64,000 nt of DNA from Lama guanicoe (Eukaryota), in contig MU054187.1 in the NCBI GenBank assembly GCA_013239625.1, positions 13,858,974 through 13,922,973 of the forward strand, given 5' to 3'. A program made the position numbers and the translations under genes. Each line of letters begins with the position of its first letter. Position 1 is the stretch's first letter. Below are positions 1 to 10,233 of this stretch, piece after piece. The notes under the pieces were generated by a model, which saw nothing but the letters and a program-made list of their open reading frames with translations, had not been told where the DNA came from and did not search any database.

Positions 1-34
1 TAGATAATGTGGATTTCTTCTGTAACAATAATGT

Positions 35-262
35 AACATTAGCTATCATTTACTGAATGCTTACTGTATGCCATAGATGGTGGTCAAAGCTTTACGTGCA
101 TGTGGTTTATGCACTTCAGTATTCTAACGTTTAGTGACCACTCATGGAATTATCCATTATGGCAATAAATCTGTAAGGTGCATATTATTATCGGGTTTTT
201 TTCCCCCTTTTTTACAAATAAAAGAAGTTCAGAGATGGGAGTAAATTGGCAAGGTCATAAGT
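35..262 (-). mobile_element. MIR SINE relic
   Basis: agctatcatttactgaatgcttactgtatgcca ... ttttacaaataaa...ttcagagatggga gtaaattggcaaggtca resembles antisense MIR consensus. Confidence 0.65.
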
Positions 263-322
263 CGAGATAATTTTTTCCTACCTTTCAGTAGATGTGAATA
301 CCTCAAACGTTAGGAGAAGGAT

Positions 323-388
323 TACGGCAATAATAGTAATATGAGACCTGAATTAATATTAGTACGGCAACAATATTAATATGAGACC
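323..388 (+). repeat. Local direct repeat, 26 bp x2, period 40 bp
   Basis: tacggcaataatagtaatatgagacc (323-348) vs tacggcaacaatattaatatgagacc (363-388), 2 mismatches. Confidence 0.9.
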
Positions 389-510
389 CCAAATGTGTGA
401 TAGGCATTGGTATCCAGTCTCTTGGCTGATATACTTGGAATAATGCCTAATATTAAGAAAGGGATGGAACATTCTCTCCAATCACCACGTGGGGCTTCTT
501 TTGATTTTAC

Positions 511-637
511 CGTCAAGTGCTGCAAACCCAGGTTGTCCGTCATATCCATAAAGGAGTACTCAACCCCCAATAGTTCCTGACACTCTTGTGGAAACAGTGG
601 AAGTGCTAGGAAGGCAAGGTCCTCGCTCACCTGTTCC
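511..637 (-). other. Candidate internal exon (127 nt), product unknown
   Basis: Minus strand: acceptor tgtttcattctag|G, donor ACG|gtaaaa; one open frame EQVSEDLAFLALPLFPQECQELLGVEYSFMDMTDNLGLQHLT; no recognised homology. Confidence 0.2.
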
Positions 638-1632
638 CTAGAATGAAACATTCTTGGCGACACCAGTCATGAAACCATCTAATTTATTAATCTTTTAAAA
701 TACAGAGGATAATGACATTCCTCTCATCTCAGAGCTCTTCTGCTGAAAATATGCAGATGTATTTATTACTAAATACATTCATTTCATAGTTAAACATTTA
801 CAAGTTTGGTTTATAGAGTGGTTGGGGTTTTCCCATCAAAATATATTTTCTTTGATAAAAATCTAAATTACCCCTTAATTTTCTGTCTGCCTAAGTCATT
901 ATCAGTGTCCTCCCACAGATTTCATTTTAGTTGAAAAGTAGAAAGAAGCTTTGGGGCCTGAGAGTTAAACACTTTCCTCCTTTGCCCCTGCTCAGTCATA
1001 TTAAACCAGGGAGAAGTCATGAGTAGGTGGTAGCAGCTGACAATTGTAGTGTTTTAGTGCAGAAGGAAGGAAGGGAGGAAGAAAGGAAGGGCAAAAAAAA
1101 TCAATTCTAATTGAAAAACAAGGAGCCAAAAAGACAAAAGGAAAACCCTAAGAAAATTAAATTTATTCAAATACATAACAGGAAGAAAAAAAAGATTAAG
1201 GGAAATAGTGAGGTGAAAAAAAAAAAAAACAACGATGACCAGTCTTCTATTCTATATTCTGAAGAAAACATTCAGAGGCTCTGAAGCATTTAAGATGAAG
1301 AATGGAATTAAAGAGAAATGAGGTCCAAACTAATGAGTGACCAAGGCTGGCCTACTCACTCATCCATTCCATCTCCCTGCATGTTTCACATTGTGATCTT
1401 AGAAACTATACCTTAAGCCACAAATTCTGTTTTTAAGTATATTTTATGCTACCTTTCTCTTCTGTGATGATCTGTAGTACTTGAACCTCCAGACACAAGT
1501 AAGTCCTGCTCTCTCTAGGTACACCAGTATCTTGGTGCTTGGAAGGAGACACATTTGCTGCCAAGTTTGCTGAGACTGAGCTGGGAGGGATCAGAGAACA
1601 GGAGAGAGTTGTCATGTATGGATGATACTTAC

Positions 1633-1656
1633 CCATCTTTTTTTTTTAAATATTAT
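1633..1656 (-). other. Candidate 24-nt microexon carrying a start codon (AAG ATG G|gt)
   Basis: Minus strand: gttttctccacaacag|ATAATATTTAAAAAAAAAAGATGG|gtaagt; consensus donor, good acceptor, ATG with A at -3 and G at +4. Confidence 0.35.
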
Positions 1657-1754
1657 CTGTTGTGGAGAAAACGTCTCTGGATCTTAACCCTTGCTATTTT
1701 GCTCTAATTCTTCACCTAGCAAGTGTTTCTCTCTTTTTTTTCTTGCTTGGCACC

Positions 1755-1803
1755 TTTTTTTGTTGAAGTATAGTTGACTTGCATTGTTGTGTTAGTTTCA
1801 GGT
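1755..1803 (-). mobile_element. Very short L1 3' tail
   Basis: poly(T) + gttgaagtatagttgacttgcattgttgtgttagtttcaggt, same terminus as other L1 tails in window. Confidence 0.75.
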
Positions 1804-1869
1804 AGTTTACATCAGAACCATCCGCACACTCCACAGAAGTCTTTCCCAACATCTTTAAATATGCCTTCA

Positions 1870-2158
1870 AATCCTCCTTCCAAAAGCATTTCATGGCCAA
1901 GCTCATCTCCTTCCAAAACTTTTCCTACCCCAACAGAACCTCTCCTGGTCGTATGTCATGGTTTCCTCCACTGTGTTCTTGTCACCCTTTATGCCTGCCT
2001 CTCTTGTAGCCCTCATGATGCTGGATTGTACTTATTTGTTTGCACTCACTCTCTTCCCTACTTAGTCATGGGACCATTCATCATCACATCCCAGGGTCCA
2101 GTACAATGACTGGCACATAGTAGATGCTTGATAAAAATTAGTAGAATGAGTGCATGAA
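1870..2158 (+). mobile_element. L2 LINE 3' end
   Basis: ends ...tggcacatagtagatgcttgataaaaattagtagaatgagtgcatgaa, typical L2 terminus. Confidence 0.75.
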
Positions 2159-2167
2159 CAGAGATTG

Positions 2168-2220
2168 AATTCAGACATTTGATAAATGTTTATTGAGCAT
2201 CTGTTCTGTGCCAAGGCACT
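2168..2220 (-). mobile_element. L2 LINE 3' end, opposite orientation
   Basis: aaatgtttattgagcatctgttctgtgccaaggcact = antisense L2 terminus. Confidence 0.75.
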
Positions 2221-2689
2221 CAATCTCAATTATATGGTCCACCCTAGACACTCTGCATCATCAACTAATCTAAATGCTTCATGTTATAAATGTCTCATTA
2301 TTTTCCAAGTATTTATATTAAAATTTGCTGAAGAATTTTTCTTCTGTTGACTCTTGACATCTTGTTTTATACTATCTAGAGACAGTACAACTGGTTGAGT
2401 GGGGCCTTTTGCAGAAAGGGAAGAGACAGGTGAAGTTCCATTTGACTTTAGTCTCAAATAAACAAAGGACCTCAGATCTGGACTTTGTCATTATCACCAA
2501 GTGATGCTATGCAGACATTAGAGATAAGCTGAAATAACTAAAAGAGGAGGACTTTTATCATCCAACTTTACAATTTTTATCCCATTCCTGGCTCATACTG
2601 CCTCTGGTGTGTATACCGCTATTTCTCTGACCCCCGTTTTAGCATTTCTTCACCAGGTCTCTCTCAAGCCTAGGCTATGCCCCATCATC

Positions 2690-2870
2690 CAGAGGTTGCT
2701 GTCTTTCCTGGTGAACTCTTCTGATGAGTTATAATGTGGAAATGAGTTTGATATGGTTTTTTCTCCTCGAAAATAGAAGTTTCAGGAAGGTAAGCACCTC
2801 GTGTCTTTGTTTTAGCCATATTCCTACTATCTCACATGATGTCTGACAGTTAATAGGCTCTCAATATTGC
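2690..2870 (+). mobile_element. L2 3' fragment
   Basis: aagtttcaggaaggtaagcacctcgtgtctttgttt...tgtctgacagttaataggctctcaata, degenerate L2 end. Confidence 0.5.
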
Positions 2871-3324
2871 TATGTCCCTACTACCTAAAAGAAGGTGAGA
2901 GTAAGGTAACAGAGAGAGAAAATATCAGAGGCAGAAAGAGTGGGAGGGCAACACAGGCTCAATGGTCAGCAAGAGCCACGTCGGTGCAGGACTCTGCAGT
3001 TGACTGTCTTTATGTACATGAAATCATTTAATGCAGACTCCACCCTGCATCATCCTTCTTACTGGACAGAGGAAGACATCGAGCCTGCACATGGTAGAGC
3101 TGAGGCTGAATTGGTGCTCTAGCTTGAAGTCTTCTGCTCTGCTGGCTTCTGCCCCATATAGCAAACATGAACCTTGTTCTCTGACACACCTTGGGCAATA
3201 GACACTTGAACCAATGGGTTTTCTGGTCCTTCTCTGAATTCCAAATGCATATATACAACCTCCTGTTGGGTAGATCACTCTGGATTGCCCAAGAGCAGCC
3301 TTTCCGAGACCAAACGCACCCTCT

Positions 3325-3915
3325 TCTCCCCATGCTTGCTCTGTTTCCGGAGTTTGCTGTCTTAGTAATCAACATCCTGGTCTTCCCAGCTGAGCAAGCA
3401 GGAAACCCCAGGACCCTCCTCGAAGCTCCCTTTACTGAGTCTGTGAAATCTGTCATCAGATCTGTTGATTTACTTCCTCACTGCCCCTCAAGTCTGACCC
3501 CACCTTCCCCACCACCATCACCTGTCCCAGCTACCCCTGCAGCCTTTCCTCCTTGCGTCCACTGGGGCCTTCTTCCAGCCTGCTCTCCACCTTGCAGGCA
3601 GAGTGATCTTCAAAACTGCCAGTGATCCTGCCAGCTCCCTTCTTGAAACACTCGGATAGCTTCTCATTGCTCATACACTTAAGGGAAATCCCCACAAGAC
3701 CCGCAGGGCCTGTTGTCTGCCTCCCTTCCCTGCTGTCCTCGCTGCATCAGCACAGGACCTCCATTCCCTCCCTAAAATGTGCAGTGCTCTCCTAACCCAG
3801 GCCTTTTGCCTGTGCTGTGACTTCTGCTCAGAATTCTCTTTTTGCCCTTTTTGCCTGGCCAACACCTACTCGTTTTTCAGCAAGCCCCTCCGTAGTCTCT
3901 CCCTAAAGTCTGTGT
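3325..3915 (+). mobile_element. L2 internal/3' fragment
   Basis: pyrimidine-rich L2-like text (ccccaggaccctcctcgaagctccc...gcagagtgatcttcaaaactgc...cagggcctttgc...). Confidence 0.6.
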
Positions 3916-5012
3916 CCTTGCTCAGATCATCAGGAAGCAATTGCTAACATTATGGCCTCCATGAAGGCAGAAGCCCTGAAATCCAGAGCCTGGGAAACCC
4001 CTGGGCTCTGCCTTCCCTTTGGTAGCCAGCTCTTCATTCAAGGGTCAGGTCCTCCTCTGCCTGATGATTAGGCCCCTGGCAAACACTCAAACCTCAGATA
4101 CCAGTGGGGATTGCTTCCCCAGTCTCACAATCCAGCAGTCCAAAATGCGAAAGACTCGGGGTCATGGTCACGTTTTCCAGTCCATAATCAGTTGAACAAG
4201 GGCTCTTGAGGCGAACCAAGAAATGGTAGGATTTCCCAAGCCCGCTTTGGGGCGTTTGGTCACAGAACCTTCTGGAGCAGCTTTCTCTCCCTGGCAATTA
4301 CATGGAGAGGCCAAAAGCCTTGGCTGTGACTTGTCAGAGCACCCCTTATATGCGTCTGTTACACCATGATCGCTCCCTGCATCTATTCACTTGGGCAGAT
4401 TCAAAGGAATTCCTCACTGTCTGTCTGACCATGATTTTTGCATCTCGTGCCTCGGAAGTAATCCTTCTTTCCTCTTTCCTTTATTCAGGTTCTAAGGACC
4501 TTTTCCTTAAGGGTTAGAGCTTCACCTCTTCTGCTCCCAATTAGCCTCCTGCCCTTTTCTTTGCTCTACCTTCTTGTCACAGAGTAATGGCCATATTTCA
4601 TAACCTTACTTGAGGATATTGTGTGTCACTGTCTGCTTTGTATTTTTATTGTGTACTCACAGTTCCATAAATTAAATATGAGTGAGTGGTTATGGCCAAG
4701 AAAATCAATCTTTAAACGAATTAATATTTTAATGCCAGTTGTATAGCTGTTTCTCCATTTAATGTGTGCCTTGGCTTAGAAATGGAGAACAGTGAATGTA
4801 TCATTTTGGAAAAACTTAAATCAAAGTGAAGGTAAAGAAAGCAAGCCAAATATGCCATAAGATTTTGAAACTGAATGTTGGAGGAGAACTAGTGCCTTAA
4901 TTTGCGAGAGTTCAGATCTTTCAAGACAAACAGTGGCAGCTTTATTTGATTTCTTTCCCTGCCATTTCATTTTCATGGTATGGAAAGAAAAATGCAAATC
5001 ACCATACCTGCC

Positions 5013-5205
5013 TATGGTTACCAAATAAAATACAGGATGCCAAGTTAAATTTGAATTTCAGTTGAATAATAACATTTAGTATAATTTTGTCTCAAATATG
5101 GCATGGGACATACTCACACTAATAAAAATCGTGTTTGTTGTGTATCTGAAATTCCGATTAACTAGGTGTCCTTTTTTTTTTTTTTGGCTAAACTTGATAA
5201 CCCTA
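5013..5205 (+). mobile_element. MER53-like hAT MITE
   Basis: tatggttaccaaataaaatacaggatgccaagttaaatttgaatttcag ... tatctgaaattccgattaactaggtgtcc...gctaaacttgataacccta; long terminal inverted arms. Confidence 0.85.
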
Positions 5206-5353
5206 CCATATAAAGCAGTTGTAAGAAATAAAAGCAATTTTCTGAGATAATATAAATGAAAGAATCTACCATAATACTCAACACACAGTAAGTTTCTCTT
5301 CCCCTTTATTAAGAAGTCATGGGTTATCATTCTGAAAAAAAAATATATTCTTC

Positions 5354-5824
5354 ACTACTCAGCCATAAAAGTATAATAAAACAATGCCATTGGCAGGAAC
5401 ATGGATGGACCTGGAGAATCTCATTCTAAGTGAAGTAAGCCAGAAAGAGAAAGAAAAATACCATGTGATATCACTTATATGTGGAATCTAAAAAAAAAAG
5501 AAAAGAAAAGAAAAGAAACAGGACAAATGAACTTATTTATAAAACAGAAACAGACTCACAGACATAGAAAACAAACTTATGGTTACCAGTGGGGGAAAGG
5601 GGTAGGAAGGGATAAACTGGGAGTTCGAGATTTGCAGATACTAACTACTGTATATAAAATAAACAAGTTTATGCTGTATAGCAAAGGGAGCTATATTCAA
5701 TATCTTGTAGTAACCTACAGTAAAAAAGAATATGAAAATGAATGTATGTATGTGTATGTATGACTGAACTATTATGCTCTACACCAGAAATTGATACCAC
5801 ATTGTAAACTAACTATACTTCAAT

Positions 5825-5828
<4 letters not shown>
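5354..5828 (+). mobile_element. L1 3' end (ORF2 C-terminus + 3' UTR), younger lineage-type
   Basis: actactcagccataaaa...acatggatggacctggag...agtgaagtaagccag...aactatacttcaataaaa. Confidence 0.9.
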
Positions 5829-5856
<28 letters not shown>

Positions 5857-5934
5857 AAGAGAGAGAGAGAAAGAAAGAAGACAGAAAGAAAGAAAGACAG
5901 AAAGACAGAAAGAAAGACAGAAAGAAAGACAGAC

Positions 5935-5969
<35 letters not shown>

Positions 5970-6009
5970 GAGAAAGAAAGAAAGAAAGAAAGAAAGAAAA
6001 AAGAAAGAA

Positions 6010-6040
<31 letters not shown>

Positions 6041-6087
6041 AAGGAAGTAAGGAAGTAAGGAAGCAAGGGAGGAAGGAAAGAAAAGAA
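5825..6087 (+). repeat. Compound polypurine microsatellite (GAAA)n/(GACA)/(GA)n/(GGAA)n grown from L1 poly(A)
   Basis: directly visible; abuts the L1 tail. Confidence 0.95.
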
Positions 6088-6439
6088 ATTCTTTATTATT
6101 CAGAGAAATAGTTTAGGTTTGAGAGCTTTAGCACCAAAGAAATGTTACTTTTCTTTTTCTTCTGTTAACACTAGAGATGTCAAAATCACTTCCAAAAAAT
6201 TGTTTTAAGATTTAGTTTCACTTAACACCTCTAGAAAATCAGTCCTTAAAGCAAATCATATTTCAGATAAGAAAATTAAACTTTTGGTTGCATTGATGTT
6301 CCCCCCTCCCCACCAGATTATTCCAAAATTAAACTGTAAGCAAGAAATATTAAATATTTTAAAATTTTCACTTCTTCATTGTACCTCAGAACAGGGTATT
6401 TGTGGTGAATACATGCATTTTATCTTCTTTCTCTATCTA

Positions 6440-7290
6440 ATAAAGGATATATCAATAATTCTATGAATTTATACCAAAGAAAGATTTTTATATTCACAGA
6501 GATATATGCCCAAGGATGTTTGTCACAATATTCATACAGTAGAAGAAACTGAAAACAACTTAAATATCAGCTATGGACTCACTGCCCCAATTCATAGGTT
6601 GAAGCCCTAACTCCAAATGTGATGGTGGGGCCTTTGGGAATGAATATTAAATTTAGATAAGGTCAAGAGGCTGGGGCCCTCATGACAGGATTAGTGGCCT
6701 TTTAAGAAGCGACACCAGAGTGTTTGCTTTCTATCTCTCCCTCCCTGCCCTGAGGATACAGCGAGAAGGCACCTGTGAACAAGTCAGAAATAGAGTCCTC
6801 ATCAGAATGCTACCATACTGACACCCTGATCTCAAACTTCCAGCCCCAAACCTGTGAGAAAATCAATTTCTGCTGTTTAAGCCACACAATCTATGCTTTA
6901 TTTTGTTACTTCAGCCCCCACAGAGTAAGACAATATTGAAGAATAGTATATTGGTCAAATAAAAGAAGCCGAATCCGTATGTCAATTACTGTGTGGTCAT
7001 AATCATTCTTTAAAAGACTTGTATGGGAATATTTTCACTGTGTTTAAGTGAAAAGGGAGGCTAAAAAAATAGTATTGAATGTGGTACCATTTTTTAAAAC
7101 CAATATACATACACATATACACATTATATACAGATTTTTGAAAAATACAAGTCAGACACCAAAATATGAATAAATAATTATCTCTGGGTGATTGAATTAC
7201 AGGTTATTTTTCCCTTAATTTTTCTTTGTGCTCTGCTGTATTTTACAAATTCTGGGTTCTGAATATTTTTTGGTTTTGTGATTAGAAAAA
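6440..7290 (+). mobile_element. Old L1M (L1ME-like) 3' fragment, interrupted by MLT1 LTR
   Basis: caaggatgtttgtcacaatattcatacagtagaagaaactgaaaacaacttaaatatc ... ttaagtgaaaagggaggcta ... attatctctgggtgattgaattacaggttattttt. Confidence 0.6.
6569..6932 (+). mobile_element. MaLR solo LTR (MLT1A-like)
   Basis: gctatggact...gttgaagccctaactccaaatgtgatgg...caccctgatctcaaacttccagcc...tttctgctgtttaagccac...taagaca. Confidence 0.85.
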
Positions 7291-8619
7291 TAAATTTAGA
7301 GTTTTTGTTTGTTTTTGAGGTTTTTTGTTTGTTTGTTAATGAGCTGATATCCACTTAGGGGGGTTAACATTGAAAATACAGATGTAGTTTCTTAGACCTG
7401 GAGTCTCTCCCATGATGGCTCAGAGGCCCCAGCTTTAGCCAGCAGCTTCTTACTGTACCAAGAGATGGAGCTCAGAGATCCAGTAGCGTCTTGAACCCCA
7501 CCTAATGGAAATGCTCTCTGTTTTCTTTTCTCAGCTTTTTATCTCATCACTATTTCACTTGCCAATTTTTCTGATACTTCTGCTCATTGGATGAAAAAAC
7601 TAGTAAGCCAAAAAGAACCAGGAAATCTTTAACAAGTAGAAACAGAAAGATGTTTTAATGAGCTAAAGAGACCTTTAGAAAATGAAACGAAATGAGGAGA
7701 AATGTTTCAAACAGAAAATGAGTTGTTTCAAAGGTCTGACTTGGCTTCTCTACCCTTCCCTTTAGACCAATTTTAAATCCCTTGTGCACTCACCCTTTTC
7801 CTTAATCGGTGCATGGTTTGAAAATGTGTCTTGCTATCAAATATTTTAACAATTACACTGCAAACTCAGAAACAGGGGTATGTGCCTTATCTTCCTTTGG
7901 TTAGTACAGTCAGCTCATTAACCAAGACATTTTCCCCCACTTCTTTGTCTTCTTTTTGTCATATAGCTCATTATAATAGTACATCTGTGTGACTGTGCTG
8001 CACTGTTATAAATTGGAAGCATTTGTGTAGCTTACATTCAAAAGATTTCAGTCTCTTCATTTGCTGGGTGATCTCCAACCCTTAACATAGGCGAGGTCCT
8101 TTTATCCCGGCATCTCACTGGAAATAATGCAAAGTCTGTACCTCGTTAGCAAGGTTGAGGTTGAAACCTTGCATGGGACAATTACCCTTGCCCTTTTGGT
8201 CACAAGCTATGAAGAGTGACCCTAAGCCTAGAGAAGTGCCTAAATTATAAAGACTGTGTAAAGTGGCTGGTGGCACATGAATCCTTAGCAGACTAAGTCA
8301 CAAAGAAGACTGGGCCAGAAATCATTAACTACTACTTTTAAACACGTATGAAAGAACTTTGAAGATGAGTTAGAACTATTATAAAAGGAGAGAATCAACA
8401 TAATTCTTTAAGCAGCTATTTTAAAGCACAGTTTTATGGCATACACGTAAGTAATAATCTTAGCAATACCTTCTTTCCATTTCTAGACTTTATTTAAATA
8501 CCAAGATTATTTACCCCAAAATGCAAGGAAAACTAATTTGGGAAGCATGAAAAACAGGTCCAAACTGCAGAAAGCAAAACATAGTCTCTTTCTTTGGGCG
8601 GTTGTAATTGTCCTTTTAC

Positions 8620-8800
8620 CTGAAGCACGTCACAGCCGGGAAACCATGCGAAAGAATGGAGGTCAACCCTTCTCTCCCAACTGCAGAGCTTCCAGAAGTG
8701 TCTTGTTCTCAGTCTGACTCTATTCTCCTGACATCTCTGCTCACTTTTTAAAGTGGGAAGGAGGAAGTAAACATTAATTCCACGTATCGTCAGCTAACTA
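8620..8800 (-). promoter_or_regulatory. Candidate minus-strand promoter and non-coding first exon
   Basis: Donor CAG|gtaaaag after 8620; TATA-like TTTAAAAAG (8744-8752); overlapping ETS core GGAAGT (8763-8768) and forkhead GTAAACA (8767-8773); unique sequence. Confidence 0.25.
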
Positions 8801-9029
8801 TTTGGGTGAAAAATCTATGTGATTTAGAATGCTTTCATTTGTCCTGGTAATGTGATACTCAGTTATTCTTCACGAAATGTCATAAATGGCATTGCCCCCT
8901 GTTCCTGTTAATACTGCTGTATTTTCTGGTCTTGTTTCCTTGGTCTAATTCCCTGCTATACTAATAATGTACTGTGTTTTAAGAGCTAGATAAATGAGCA
9001 CTCATTCGGGACCAGTAGACAAAGACAAA

Positions 9030-9395
9030 CACTTGATTGAACAAGCCCTCAGTGAACATCTATATGGATTGCATTTCAAGCACTAAACTCCTCTAGAATA
9101 CAGAACAGGCAACAGCCCCCTGGGTCTCCATAGTCTGGTGGGACCAGCAGAGGTGGACAGATGTCTGTGATATATAATGTGATACATGCTGTCATGGAGA
9201 CATAAAAGAGCACTATGGGGAAATTAATTATACCTTAGTTAAGACCTTAATTATTCAGTTTTCCCCTCTAGGGTAAAGGGGAGGAACAATAACACAAGAG
9301 AAGTTACAGAAAAAAAGTAACAGTAAGCAAGGCCTGAAGTATCATGAGAAGTTTGCCAGACAGAGAGGGCAATGAAGAGCATTACAGGAAGAATA
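9030..9395 (-). mobile_element. L2 fragment
   Basis: catagtctggtggga...atataatgtgatacatgctgtcatggagacataaaagagcactatgggg, antisense L2 3' region. Confidence 0.55.
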
Positions 9396-9856
9396 GCAAA
9401 CTGTCTATTTATACTCAATGTTATTCTTCAAAGAATTTTAGATGAATACCATTCCATTGGTCCATTTTTTGTTTTTAATTTGCAGGTGTTCCTTGGGGCG
9501 TCAGCTCCAGGATTCTAGACATAGAGGAACCTGAAGGCTAGCAAACTGACTCTTAAATGCAAACTAACAGGGCCTTTTCCTGCCCAGCCATGGGTTCTCC
9601 ATGTGTTTCCACGGAGAAAGATGCTTCTGCAGTGAATTCCTGTCCTGTGAAGTCTCACTTGATACTAGGATATTCTCTAAACACCTCCTCCCTTTTCAAA
9701 TTTCTCAGGAAGAAGAATTTTTATTTTTCCTACAAAATAGCTGATAATGTTCAATGACTCCTCAGAATATTTGGATCTTAATGAGGGGCAAAGAATAAAC
9801 TTTTTTTGTTTTTAAACGTTATTGGTATAGAGGATCACATCTTTGTGGTTTATCTA

Positions 9857-10233
9857 TTTTTATTATTTTTTATTGAAGTGTAGTCGGTTGACAATGTTAG
9901 TTTTGGTTGTACAGCTAAGCAGTTCAGTTATATACATACATACCTACTTATATGTATTTTCAGTTTCTTTTCCATCACAGCTCATTATAAGAAATTGAAT
10001 ATACTTCCCTGTGCTATACAGTAGGTCCCTGATGTTTACCTACTTCACATTCCCAAACTCCCAGTCTATCCCTCCCCACCTTCCCCTTGCTAACCACAGT
10101 TCGTTTTCTACGTCTGTCATTCTGTTTCTGGTTTGTAAATAAAATTTGAATGTGTATCTTTTCTTTTTAGGTTCCACATGTGAGCGACGTCGTATGATAC
10201 TTGTCTCTGTCTGACTTCTTTCACTTAATATGA
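9857..10233 (-). mobile_element. L1 3' end
   Basis: tttttattgaagtgtagtcggttgacaatgttag...ttccctgtgctatacagtaggtccc...ttaggttccacatgtgag...tctgacttctttcacttaatatga. Confidence 0.9.

Noticed and set aside
3028..3625. 142-aa and 144-aa overlapping ORFs
   Set aside because: Largely overlap an L2 relic, with no recognisable domain.
5809..6066. 85-aa hydrophobic F/L/S-rich ORF
   Set aside because: Translation of the (TTTC)n strand of a microsatellite, not a membrane protein.
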